Origin: Cyanophora paradoxa CCMP329
Taxonomy: Eukaryota; Plantae; Glaucophyta
Direction: 5' to 3'
Assembly (NCBI GenBank): GCA_004431415.1
Contig: QPMI01000515.1
Coordinates: 62,001 to 126,000 of the forward strand
Length of the DNA: 64,000 nucleotides
Below the pieces are notes generated by a model that saw nothing but the letters and a program-made list of their open reading frames with translations, was not told the DNA's origin and made no database searches. The translations under genes and the position numbers were made by a program. Numbering within the stretch: position 1 is the stretch's first letter; each line of letters opens with the position of its first letter. Shown here in pieces: positions 13,601 through 26,042 of this stretch.

Positions 13601-16600
13601 GCTCACGTGCACCGGCAACGGTATCACCCAGGTCGTAACAGCATCACCACTGGCGGGCGTCTCCAGCGCGGCACCAATGAACGTGACCGGCCTGCCGGAG
13701 ACGCCCACCAGCTACGACATCACCTGCAACGCTAGCCTCCCTTACGGCTCCGGGTCCGTAGCGGCGGCATCGATTGTCGTGCCCTCGGTAGCGGGTGCGC
13801 CGCTGCGCATGCGCTGGCATGCGCATATCGCCAGTGGCAGATGCTGAGTCGGGCCCGATCGCGCAGCCAAGGATGTGGCCAGCACGCTTGCGTTCAATGT
13901 GAGCGTGCTGAACGCCACAGCCGTCGTCACGACGCCCATCGTGTGGGCCTTGACCGACAGCGGGGCGGCGGACACGCCGGCGTACAAGAGCCTCACGGTG
14001 AACTGCGAGAGCAACGGCGTCATGCGCACAGCAGTGCTTGGGGTTCGCATTCCGAATGCGGCCACGACATCGGAGAGCGGACTGGTCATTACTGGCCTTC
14101 CGGACACTGCTTCGTATCACGTATATTGCACGGCCTCCCTGCTGTATTCGTATGCAGGGGTGGCGACCGGGTCCACGGCAGTGATTGGTGCGCTCTGCAG
14201 CTGCTCGCGATCGTCATTGACCGTCGCTGCAATTGCAGTCGCTGCCATTCCGTTCTTGCTTGACGCCCATGCGCAGTGCCGCACAAGGTTGTGGTGAACA
14301 ACTCCCTCTCCATGGCGGCTGCGCCCTCCTCGATCTCGTCCATCCTCGTCTCCGGCCTGGCGTGGACCCTCACGCCCGGCCTCTTCAGCACGCCCTCCTT
14401 CCCGAACCTCACCGTCGCCTGCACGTGGAACGGCGAGACGCGGACGGCCGTGCTGCAGGGCATCCCCGACGTGGCCACCTCGGCGCAAGCGATCAACGTC
14501 ACGGGCTTTACGCCGAGCACATCGTCGCACCCCGTGAGCTGCAGCGCGACTCTGTACTACTCGACGGGCGGACCCGCGACGGGTGCCGCCTCAACCGTGT
14601 CGACGGCCGGTGCGCGCGCCACGCGCTGGCGCGCTCGTGGAATACGTGCTGATTGCTGCGTGCAGCGACGTACTGCGTGGCGAGCAACGTCACGATGGCG
14701 TGCCCTGGCCTGACGGGCCTGGCCATCAACACGACCCTCATCCCGTCGTCGACCTCGTGGCACACGACCTCTTACGAGTGCATCCCGCCGGCTTTCGAGA
14801 CCGTCAGCGTATCTTGCACGGGGCCGAGGGCTGGCTCGGCGACGTACCAGCAGAACAGCACGGCGGGCGCTGTCGCGTCGAACGAGCCGTCGGCGTTCGT
14901 GGGTGTGGCCGTGCCGCCGCTGGCGGGGAGCGTGGCGTACCAGTGTCGGTCCACGCTGCACTATGTCGGGGTCCGCTTCAATGCAACCGCAGCGCATCTT
15001 GTGCAGGCAGCCATGTCGACGTGCGCCGTTCCTGCGGGTGCGCGCTGCCCAGCTGCCATGTCAGGTTCAGAATCCGGATCTGACTGCGTCAACCTGCAGC
15101 TCCGGTGCGCTTCGTGGCTGACAACGCACTAGCGTTGACCGTAACGCCGACCTCAACGACATCCGTTGCAACATCTTCAATCTCGTGGCTGCTGCTGCCT
15201 TCGGCCGGCGCGATCAACACCCCTGTGTACGGGAACATGACGCTCACGTGCACCGGCAACGGTATCACCCAGGTCGTAACAGCATCACCACTGGCGGGCG
15301 TCTCCAGCGCGGCACCAATGAACGTGACCGGCCTGCCGGAGACGCCCACCAGCTACGACATCACCTGCAACGCTAGCCTCCCTTACGGCTCCGGGTCCGT
15401 AGCGGCGGCATCGATTGTCGTGCCCTCGGTAGCGGGTGCGTCGATGCGCATGCGCTGGCATACGCATGGCAGATGTTGAGTGGGGCCCGATCGCGCAGCC
15501 AAGGATGTGGCCAGCACGCTTGCGTTCAATGTGAGCGTGCTGAACGCCACAGCCGTCGTCACGACGCCCATCGTGTGGGCCTTGACCGACAGCGGGGCGG
15601 CGGACACGCCGGCGTACAAGAGCCTCACGGTGAACTGCGAGAGCAACGGCGTCATGCGCGCAGCAGTGCTTGGGGTTCGCATTCCGAATGCGGCCACGAC
15701 GTCGGAGAGTGGGCTGGTCATTACTGGCCTTCCGGACACTGCTTCGTATCACGTATATTGCACGGCCTCCCTGCTGTATTCGTATGCAGGGGTGGCGACC
15801 GGGTCCACGGCAGTGATTGGTGCGCGCTGAAGCTGCTCGTGTCGTCGACCGTCGCTGAAATCTCAATCGCTGCCATTCCGTTCTTGCTTGACGCATGCGC
15901 AGTGTCGGACAAGACCGTGCTCAACAACTCCCTCTCCATGGCGGCTGCGCCCTCCTCGATCTCGTCCATCCTCGTCTCCGGCCTGGCGTGGACCCTCACG
16001 CCCGGCCTCTTCAGCACGCCCTCCTTCCCGAACCTCACCGTCGCCTGCACGTGGAACGGCGAGACGCGGACGGCCGTGCTGCAGGGCATCCCCGACGTGG
16101 CCACCTCGGCGCAAGCGATCAACGTCACGGGGTTCACGCCGAGCACATCGTCGCACCCCGTGAGCTGCAGCGCGACTCTGTACTACTCGACGGGCGGACC
16201 CGCGACGGGTGCTGCCTCAACCGTGTCGACGGCCGGTGCGCGTGCCGCGGGCCGGCGCGCTCGTGGAATACGCGCTGACCGCTGCGTGCAGCGACGTACT
16301 GCGTGGCGAGCAACGTCACGATGGCGTGCCCTGGCCTGACGGGCCTGGCCATCAACACGACCCTCATCCCGTCGTCGACCTCGTGGCACACGACCTCTTA
16401 CGAGTGCATCCCGCCGGCTTTCGAGACCGTCAGCGTATCTTGCACGGGGCCGAGGGCTGGCTCGGCGACGTACCAGCAGAACAGCACGGCGGGCGCTGTC
16501 GCGTCGAACGAGCCATCGGCGTTCGTGGGTGTGGCCGTGCCGCCGCTGGCGGGGAGCGTGGCGTACCAGTGTCGGTCCACGCTGCACTACGTTGGCACGG

Positions 16601-19600
16601 GCTACAACGCTAGCGAGGTCGCCCTGACGCAGTCAACGGCAACCACCTGTGTGGTACCGCCTGGTAAGTGTCTTTGCTTTGAGACGCTCGCCATGTAGCA
16701 CGGCTTACCGCGTTTTCCCTGCAGCCCCTATCCGCTGGGTAGTCGACGATAGGATTGCATTCTCCTTCGTTACGATATCCACGACCTCAATTCTCACGTC
16801 AGAGATTTCGTGGCTGTTGCCCGATAATGATGCGGTTGTGCGGGCAGTCGACACCCCTGTGTACGGGAACATGACGCTCGCGTGCACCGGCAACGGTGTC
16901 ACCGAGTTCGTTACCGCATCACCACTGGCGGGCGTCTCCAGCGCGGCACCAATGAACGTGACCGGCCTGCCGGAGACGCCCACCAGCTACGACATCACCT
17001 GCAACGCTAGCCTCCCTTACGGCTCCGGGTCCGTAGCGGCGGCATCGGTTGTCGTGCCCTCGGTAGCGGGTGCGCAGCTGCGCATGCGTTGGCATGCGCA
17101 TATCGCCAGTGGCAGATGCTGAGTCGGGCCGGATCGCGCAGCCAAGGATGTGGCCAGCACGCTTGCGTTCAATGTGAGCGTGCTGAACGCCACAGCCGTC
17201 GTCACGACGCCCATCGTGTGGGCCTTGACCGGCAGCGGGGCGGCGGACACGCCGGCGTACAAGAGCCTCACGGTGAACTGCGAGAGCAACGGCGTCATGC
17301 GCGAAGCAGTGCTTGGGGTTCGCATTCCGAATGCGGCCACGACGTCGGAGAGCGGACTGGTCATTACTGGCCTTCCGGACACTGCTTCGTATCACGTGTA
17401 TTGCACGGCCTCCCTGCTGTATTCGTATGCAGGGGTGGCGACCGGGTCCACGGCAGTGATTGGTGCGCTCTGCAGCTGCTCGCGATCGTCATTGACCGTC
17501 GCTGCAATTGCAGTCGCTGCCATTCCGTTCTTGCTTGACGCCCATGCGCAGTGCCGCACAAGGTTGTGGTGAACAACTCCCTCTCCATGGCGGCTGCGCC
17601 CTCCTCGATCTCGTCCATCCTCGTCTCCGGCCTGGCGTGGACCCTCACGCCCGGCCTCTTCAGCACGCCCACGTATTCGAACATTACGGTCGCATGCACA
17701 GTAAACGGATTGACTCTCGAAACTATCGTGAAGACTCTCGGTCCCGCGACCACACGGCCCGTGTCCGATTCTGCCGAAATCTCTGGCTTCCAGCCTGCCT
17801 TGATTTCACTCCCTGTCAACTGCACCGCGACTCTGTTTTACTCGTCTGGAGGGGCACGCCCGGCAGTCGGCTCAGCCTCTGCCATGTCGATCGCAGGTGC
17901 GCTCCAATATCTCTCGCGAAGCTGGTCGATCTATGTTAACACTTCTTGTAGCGCCTTACTGTACGCCGAGCCACGTCGCTGTCGCCTGTCCTGGTCTGAC
18001 GCGCCAGTCGATTCGCACTACATCCATTCCTTCGTCGACTTCCTGGCGCACGAACGTGCAGGAGTGCATTCCTCCCTCGTTCCGGACAGTCAGCGTTTCC
18101 TGCACGGGACCAGAGACGGGCTCGGCAACGCTCCAGCAGAACAGCACGGCGGGCGCTGTCGCGTCGAACGAGCCATCGGCGTTCGTGGGTGTGGTCGTGC
18201 CTCCGTTGGCGGGGAGCGTGGCTTACCAGTGCCGGTCGACGCTGCACTATGTTGGCGTGGGGCACGATAGCACTGTCGCGGCCTCAGTCGTCCAGGTAGA
18301 CCCTACAATTTGTTACGTTCCAGCTGGTAAACCGTGATCTTGCGATCGCCAGTGTTCGACTAATTCTGATTTACATCAATTTCCTTCTCGCAGCCCCCTA
18401 TCGCTGGGTGCTCGGCGACCTGCTCAGCTTTTCGGTGGCGCCAGCGAGCAACTCGACGGTTTCTATTTCGGACATCACGTGGTCTTTGCGGGCGATTGGC
18501 GCAATCGACTCGCCTGTTTACGGAAATCTCAGCATGGCATGCACGGCGGAAGGCACCTCGATTTCACAAACGCTGCTGGTGACTTCAATAGCGCCTGGCA
18601 GCTCGCACGTAAGCGCTTTCAATTTGACGGACACACCGGACACGTCCTCGTTCCCCGTTACTTGCATGGCACGTCTCCCTTATTTCCTGGAGAACGAACG
18701 CGAGTTTGAGGCACGTGGACGAGCTTCCTTTTCATGTGCGAGCCTGTACTGTTTACATTTTGCAGTCTATAGTTTCGCATGCACCGTTCTCACGTTTCGA
18801 GCTCTGATTTACTTCGCCGACAGTGCCGGACAAGACCGTCCTCAACAACTCCCTCTCAATTACGGCTGCGCCCTCCTCGATCTCGTCCATCCTCGTCTCC
18901 GGCCTGGCGTGGACCCTCACGCCCGGCCTTTTCAGCACGCCCTCCTTCCCGAACCTCACCGTCGCCTGCACGTGGAACGGCGAGACGCGGACGGCCGTGC
19001 TGCAGGGCATCCCCGACGTGGCCACCTCGGCGCAAGCGATCAACGTCACGGGCTTTACGCCGAGCACATCGTCGCACCCCGTGAGCTGCAGCGCGACTCT
19101 GTACTACTCGACGGGCGGACCCGCGACGGGTGCCGCCTCAACCGTGTCGACGGCCGGTGCGCGCGCCACGCGCTGGCGCGCTCGTGGAATACGTGCTGAT
19201 TGCTGCGTGCAGCGACGTACTGCGTGGCGAGCAACGTCACGATGGCGTGCCCTGGCCTGACGGGCCTGGCCATCAACACGACCCTCATCCCGTCGTCGAC
19301 CTCGTTCCACACGACCTCTTACGAGTGCATCCCGCCGGCTTTCGAGACCGTCAGCGTGTCCTGCACGGGGCCGAGTGCGGCCACGGGCTCGGCGACGTAC
19401 CAGCAGAACAGCACGGCGGGCGCTGTCGCGTCAAACGAGCCGTCGGCGTTCGTGGGTGTGGTCGTGCCTCCGTTGGCGGGGAGCGTGGCTTACCAGTGCC
19501 GGTCGACGCTTCACTACGTTGGCGCGGAGTACAACGCAACTAAAGCGATTGCGGCACAGCAAGCGCCGACTGCCTGCATTGTCCCCGCAGGTAAGCGCCC

Positions 19601-21183
19601 AAGTGTTTGCGTTAACTGTTAATTTCACACAGATGCTGACCTGCGCATGCCGTGCCCTTCCGCACAGCTCGCGCCCGGTTGGTGGCCGAGGACACTCTAA
19701 CCTTTTCGATCATTCCGATCTCAACGACGGCCGTGTCCACATCTTCCATCACATGGGCGCTCACAAAGCAGGGCGCCATCGACACGCCCGTCTACGGCAA
19801 GCTCGAGGTGACCTGCGCGGGGCTCTCCTCCAACGCGTCAGCCGCTGTCCTTTCCATTCCGGCGGCGTCCGCATCTGCTGCGCCCGTCAACGTGACCGGT
19901 CTCCCCGAGAGCTGGAAGGTCTACCGCATCTACTGCACCGCCGTCCTCGCCTACGGCGAGAACCGCACGGCTTCCGGCATCGCTTCGGCGCTGTCGCTGC
20001 TCAACGCCACTCTGAAGGACGCATCCAACGGCCAGGCGCTTCCGACGTACACCGCTACGCCCACGCCCAGTCCCAACGCGAACGCCTCGGCCCCTTCGAC
20101 GGCCTCCTCCACCATCAGAATCGGCAACCGAACCTACGAAGTGTCGGCTGACGGGAGCAGCGAGAACGAAATCGTGATCAGCATGCAGGAGCCCGTCGTT
20201 CAGATTCCGCAAAACGTGCGGCGCTCCTTGCTTTGCTCTAATTTGCGCATCCGAGCTTTGCCCGCAAATTAAACTGACCCCCGGCCCGGCAGGCGAGCGA
20301 CGAAATCGTGACCATCTCTTTGGAGGGACTTGTGGTGCGATGCGCTCCGCGCATGCGTTGCTACTGCTACGCCCAGCTCTACTGATTACTACGCGTGGCC
20401 CGCATGCGCAGAACGCGCGGAGCGGAGAGAACGAGGAGTCCGATGCCGGCGACGTCGAGGTATACTTGCTGAGCGGGGAGGGCGCACTCTCGGACAGCGA
20501 GGCGATAATGCTCGACGCCACGATGCAGAACAACGAAGTCCAATTCCGTGCGCGCCTTCCCACGCGCGTGCAGCAACTTATAATGAAGCTTGCTGCGCAA
20601 CGTCAACGGGCCAGGCCCCAGCCTGAAAACTGAAAATTCGAACGCGGCGCGCATGCAGGGGTGCCGTCGCTCAGCGAAGGCAAACGAAGGCGAGCACTGG
20701 CGCAGTTCGAGGCGGGCCGCGCGTACGACGTGCAGATCAAATCCAGCACCGACGCCTTCCCCTCGCTCCGCATCGCCAACGTGCGCAAGTGCCGCCTTAA
20801 GCTTGCAACTGCCCCTTGCCAGCTTTGGACTGAGCAGGCGGCGTGCGCGTCACTGCCGGCAGGCCCTCTCGTGGAGCTCGGAGGGCGGCGCCGGCTCCAG
20901 CTCCAGCTCCAGCGGCGCAGTCGAGTCGGCGTATGCGACCGCCGGCCCTGGCGATCGCGACTGGGCGCCGGCCGACGCAGACACAAACCCGTTCGCTCGC
21001 AGGATCAAGCTGCTTCAGAACTTCGTGCGCTCCGCATTTCAAGCTTTTAGGTTTCCGAATTTCCGGACTCATGGCGACCGCTCACAGGTGCTTCGCCCGC
21101 TCATGATAAGCCTGGGATTCGGCGGCCTTGTCGCGGTCCTCATCGTCATAATCGCCGGAGTCTGCCGCGTCGAGTTCGAGTAG
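630..21183 (+). CDS. Giant multi-exon type I membrane/surface protein (LamG-like + FN3 + ~31 Ig-like beta-sandwich modules + 3 kelch modules + C-terminal TM); 5' end unresolved, probably upstream
   Basis: Exons join in frame across short GT-AG/GC-AG introns wherever I traced them. The C-terminal hydrophobic helix LMISLGFGGLVAVLIVIIAGVC lies at ~21100-21165. The stop at 21181-21183 assumes no further intron; an alternative last exon near 21395-21430 is possible. Confidence 0.85.
1795..2269 (+). other. Fibronectin type III domain exons of gene 1
   Basis: PPSTPGTP...ATVYWGPSDPQGSAITK|YTLT...PG|WTYSFSVTAANGIGTSGAS is the canonical FN3 signature. Confidence 0.8.
4940..6357 (+). other. Kelch-repeat module 1 of gene 1
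   Basis: Spliced ARRSPVSVVFGGK|LFVAGG...FYDP...GW and PRTDMAQGAVY|DGKLFYFG|GRD...DDLFYADL carry the kelch GG doublet and D-L/W pattern. Confidence 0.75.
7505..8781 (+). other. Kelch-repeat module 2 of gene 1
   Basis: Paralogous to module 1 (FVAHTG, RYYEW, SVVFGGK|LFMAGG, QGAVYDSKLFYFG). Confidence 0.75.
9848..11295 (+). other. Kelch-repeat module 3 of gene 1
   Basis: Paralogous to module 1, with similarity extending into introns (e.g. 10314-10366 vs 5386-5442). Confidence 0.75.
12636..19590 (+). repeat. Tandem ~1.64-kb four-exon cassette repeat (A-B-C-D) inside gene 1, about 4.3 copies
   Basis: A exons start at 12636, 14277, 15903, 17552 and 18824. Exons and introns are nearly identical between copies. 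An older, diverged A-B-C-D copy lies at 3099-4685. Confidence 0.95.
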
Positions 21184-22039
21184 CCCCCCGAAACTCCATC
21201 CCCCCCTCCCGCCATTTGCATGAAACCCCCATATGCATGGCCACCCACCCACGCACCCGCCCCAGGCCGCGCGCACTGCTCGCTCGCTCGCCGGCCCTTC
21301 CGTCACTCCCTTTCCACGTTCCCCCCTCCCCTCCCCCCCTCCCCCCCCCTCGCCCTCCTCCTTCCCCCCTCCCCCTCGCTCCCGCAATTTGCAGTCCCCG
21401 CCTTCCTTGGCATATGAGCTAGTTCTTTAAATATATATAGGACACGTCGCTTACACGATCAAGATCAAACATGATCACTAGATCTAGATGATCCTGTACA
21501 TGTGTCAGATTATGTAATTGTATGCAGATCATCGCGATCGGATGCAGCTTATGATTATAATGTAGCTTTGCTATTGCAATCGTTGTTTTCTAACGGACTC
21601 TTACTCTAAACATTGTACTGTAGCTTTGCTATTGCAATTATTTATCGGCCGGCCCGCCGGGCCGGGCCTGCACGCCTGAGGCGGATTCCTCAGAGCCGCT
21701 GAGCGCTCGAGCCCGAGGCTTTAGCTTAGGGCAGGGGCAGGCCCCCGCCGCCTGCGAGGGTGAGGTCAGGCGCGGGGCCCGGGGGCGATGCCGCGCCGCC
21801 CCTCGACGAGCCGCGCATCCGCGGGCGGGCGATTGCCGCTCGCGATCGCTCCGGGCACCACGGAAGGACGAGCCGAGCCGAGCCACGAGCGCCGCGGCGC
21901 CGCGGCGCCGCCGATCGCGAGGCGGCCGCCGATGCGCTCTGATTTCTTCCTCGCCCTCCGGATCCAAGGCTCATGGTCAGCTCAGCGGCTGGCCATATAT
22001 AAAGGCTCAGCGGCTCGAGCCTCGAGCCCGGCGCGGTCG

Positions 22040-22596
22040 CTGCACGTCGACGCGCTGGCGGGCCTGCAGTCGCTGGCGGCCGCGGCGCTCGGGCTCGGCG
22101 GGCGCGGCCTCACCGTTTACCTCTTCGCCGGGGGCCTCAAGCAGGTGGGCGACTCACTGAAACCAGTGAACCATGGCCAGTGAAAGAAGCTTAAACAATT
22201 AAGCGAAGCACATAAAAAGGAATCATTGAATCCAGATTGTGAGAGGGGAAGCAATGGAGTTCCTATATTTATATATATCTTCCTAACTTAGTAATGTGCT
22301 AATGGCAATATAAGAAGAGACTTAAATGTGCACTGAATGTGCAGGTGGGCGACTCGGCGACTAGAGCTCGCTGAACCAGCGAACCAGTGGAAGAAGTTCG
22401 CTTAAGCGATAAAAAGCAATCCAGATTGGAAGAAGGGAAGGATCGAAACATTTATTTATTGATAGAAGAAGAGCGGAATCTGCGTACTGAACATCACGTG
22501 CGCCCCTCGCCCGCGCAGAAATTCTCGGGCGTCCGCGCGCTGCGCTTCTGGACGCGGAGGGGCGGCTTCGGCAGGCGTCGTGGGATGGGCACATGA
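22040..22596 (+). pseudogene. Possible gene fragment with a decayed ~200-bp internal duplication
   Basis: Coding-like LHVDALAGLQSLAAAALGLGGRGLTVYLFAGGLKQ ends at CAG|GTGGG, and a later cgcag|KFSGVRALRFWTRRGGFG follows. The sequence at 22141 is duplicated, diverged, at 22341. Confidence 0.3.
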
Positions 22597-23196
22597 TCAT
22601 ACATAACTTTAGTAGTATAATGATGCGCGCCGACTCGGTGAGATTCAAAGCAGCCTAGGCCGCTCCGAGCTATCATAGTATAGACCTGCATCTTCCGTGT
22701 TGACTCAAATGTCCCCATCAGACTATATTTATGTTTCTTTATATCAGGCTACATCTTTATAATTATATCTCATAGTCTCGTCGAGCCTCGGACTCCGGGA
22801 GAGAGTTTAAATCATTCTGAATCGATATCATCGTAGTAGTAGTATCAGGTGAATTCCCCAAGTTCATTTATCATCGATATCCCAGATCTGGTCATGTGGC
22901 CCAGTGCACCTGGGTGACTCTGCACTGGGTCATGATGTGCAGATATCGATGTAGCTGTACGGTAGATCCAGCTGATCTAGAGGTATCCGCCTTGCCAAGT
23001 TGACATGCTGACATTGTCTGACATGTACAATAATTGTGATGCTTCTAGATTATACTATGATCATGAGTTACTGCAGCTGAGCGTATCATGCCTTGATTTT
23101 TTCACATGTACAGCTATCGGTAGGCCCTGAAGGCCCCTGATTATGAGGCCTTGACCAGAGGATGACATGCACAACGTTAGCCTCATATACTAAAGT

Positions 23197-24126
23197 TGCA
23201 AGGGGGGAAAGAAGACCGAAGGTCTTCCCCCCTTGCTTCCCGTTCCCTCGCTTCAGCCAAAATTTCTTCTATGAGGCCGTTTTCGAGGTCCAGTTTGCAA
23301 CGCGGGAAAAAAATGGGCCGAAATTCGGTTGCAGCGACACGTGTTTGTCGCTGCGGCCGTCCATGCAAAAAAAGGTTTTCGAGGGCGAAGACCAGTTTTC
23401 GTTGACTTGAAGCCTGGAAACCAACTTCTCTCTCATTCCGATCTTCGAATTCCTTCCGCGGTTCTAGCGAAGACCAGTTTTCCTCGACTTGAAGCCTGGA
23501 AACCAACTTCTCTCTCATTCCGGTCTTCGAATTCCTTCCGCGGTTCTGCATGGAACCAGTTCTCCCTATAGCTAGCTGTCTCCTGTAGATTTCGGCTTCC
23601 TCGCAGTGCGTCGCGTACGCCTTGCTCTTCGTTGCGCGGTTCTGCATGGAACCACTTCTCCCTAGCTGTCTTGCTCGATCTCCTCTAGATTTCCACTTCC
23701 TCGCACTGCGCCGCGTACGCCGCACGGAATTTCTTAAAAATTCTCCCTAGCTGTCTTGCTCGATCTCCTCTGGATTTCCACTTCCTCGCAGTGCGCCGCG
23801 TACGCCGCACGGTACCCGTGCCGCCTGATCTACTTTTGACTGCATCAAGATTGCACCGCAGCACGTGCACCGAAGCACGCGCAGCCCGTGGGCCGGATTG
23901 GCCCGTACCGCGTAGCTTTTCCTCGCGATCCAGCCTCTGCCCGCAGCCGCATCGCTGCGCCGACCTCGTAGCTCGTTGGCGCCCCGGCCGCTGTCCCTTC
24001 GCGCCGGGCGGTCTTGCGAGCTGACCAGCTCTTGCGAGCGCATCAGCGGCAAACCGATCGCGAGCGTTCGAGTTGCATGTTCGTGCCACTACTACTCTTT
24101 CATTACATCCCGATTCCCCCCTTGCA
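23197..24126. mobile_element. 930-bp LTR-like or TIR-bounded repeat element (TG...CA ends, 13-bp perfect terminal inverted repeat)
   Basis: TGCAAGGGGGGAA (23197-23209) and TTCCCCCCTTGCA (24114-24126) are reverse complements. Internal direct duplications at 23387-23545 and 23660-23810. No target-site duplication seen. Confidence 0.5.
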
Positions 24127-24179
24127 CCCCCGGCGCGCCAAAACGCGGCCGGGCCACTAGTACAGGCTAATTTAAATTT

Positions 24180-26040
24180 AATACTATGATTTAGCCTAGC
24201 GGCTACCGGTAGGCTGTAGCGCTAGCCTTGTAGGTCCGTCCTCAGGGGCCAGGGCCTGCATGGGGGCGGGCGCCCGGCGACTCCGAGGCTCGGCGGCGAT
24301 CGCGAGTCGAGTCATGATCATGATCATTGCCGACTCGACGCCGAAGTCGACATACCCCTACAACGACTAGGCGTACGCATAATTATCATCTTATTAACAT
24401 GAACTCAACGCCGATTGGCAATGTCATTCCGATTCACGGAGCTCGCGATTGATGGCGCAATTGCAACTTCGCAAGTCGACGCAATTTAATTGTGGACCAA
24501 TTATCAGCGTTCCGACAAATCATCAGCGAACTCGCACCGTCACGGAGTCGCACGCGCGCGGCGCGCGCGCGATATCGGAATTCGAATTCGAAGAGTCGCG
24601 ATTTAATTAATTGAAGACCCGGCACTGCATGGGCCGGCAGTCACTGAGTTATCATAGCATCGGATCGGATATAAAATGTGTGCAGCAGTGTTCTGCACAC
24701 CGGGTAGTCCGACGGTCGGTAATTATTAGTCCGGTAATTATAATTGGCTCATCCAATGACCTCGGTTCAAATCTTGCTGGTAGGAATCTCGCCCGGCCGG
24801 GCGCGCGCTGCAGCTGCCGCACGTACGTATACCGTTTATATATTATTACGTATATATATACGTATACGTTGTACAGGCCCGCGCGCGCACACACGCACTA
24901 GCACTAGTACTGCAGCTGTGCACGTGGCCGCAGCGCTAGCGCTAGCTAGCTAAAGGCCGCACTAGGCCGCACTAGGCCGCAGCGCTAGCTAGCTAAAATA
25001 TAAATAAAGGGTGCATATGATATCGATCAGCCGGCGCCGCTGTCATGTCACGCTAGCGCTGATATCGATCGATCATGAGCAGCATGCGCATATGCGCAGC
25101 TGCAGAGTGCGCCAGAACCGATATCGATACATGTACCCCAAACCCAGGCCTGGAGCCGCGGCTTTTCATGAGCAAGCCTGGCTAGCTCTCGGCTTTACGC
25201 CTAGCTATCAGTGCTACTCGCTGCCGGCGCCGCAGTGCCCGGCAGTCTCAGAGTCTGCGCGCGCCGGCGCGTGCCGGCGCGGCACTACTCAGTGACTACT
25301 GCCGCGGCACTACTCACTACTGCCAGACAGTGCCAGTACTCTAGAGTCTAGATCCGATGATCCCGGCCAGAGTCCGATCTGCCAGGCTGGCTGCCGCAGT
25401 ACTAGTGCCAGGCTGGTGAGTCAGTGCCACTCAGTTGTGACTCACTGAGTCAGCCCGCTAGTGCAGCTGCAGGCTGCAGCCTGCAGGCTGCGCGCAGCCT
25501 GCAGGCTGCAGCTGCAAGCCTGCAACTGCCGCAGTGCACTGTGCTGCCTGTGCAGTGTGCACTCAGTGACTGCAACTCTGCAGCCACTGCCAGCCAGTGC
25601 ACTGCGGCAGCTGCAGTGCACTGCGGCCCCGGGCGCCGGCCGCCGGGCTGCGGCACTGCGGCATGCGCAGGCAGCGCAGTCTGCGCATGCGCCGCAGCCG
25701 ACTCTAGATCTGCGGCACTCTGCGCGGCGGTACCGTCGCGTACGGTACCGGTAGCGCGCCGGCCTTAAGCTTGGCCGGGTTGGCCCTACTAGCCTCTAGG
25801 GCACTGCGCTGCAGTCTGCAGGCTCTCATAATCAGCGGCTCAGCTGTGCAGGTCAGTGCAGGCTGTGCAGCTTCCATATGCATCGACACGCGTGCAGTTC
25901 AAAGCATGCTTGCTAGCTGCAGCCTTTGTCGGAGAGCGCTCGAGCCGAGACAGATCTATAGCTAGCTATAGGAATATTAATGATCATGAGCGCGCACCTT
26001 TACGTATACCGCATGCGTGCGAGAGGAGCACGATTTAGAT
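24180..26040. repeat. Palindrome-saturated low-complexity intergenic DNA
   Basis: Chains of CTGCAG, GCTAGC, GATATC and TGCGCA; a perfect 40-bp palindrome at 25473-25512; an 18-bp palindrome at 24847-24864. Confidence 0.8.
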
Positions 26041-26042
26041 CA

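Noticed and set aside
2331-20563. Many overlapping minus-strand ORFs across genes 1 and 2
   Set aside because: They are antisense shadows of GC-rich exons. Splice signals and domain motifs are all on the + strand.
21156-21417. Non-canonical GA-AG intron giving a ...IIAVPAFLGI end for gene 1
   Set aside because: All other traced introns are GT-AG or GC-AG and canonical alternatives exist; RNA data would be needed.
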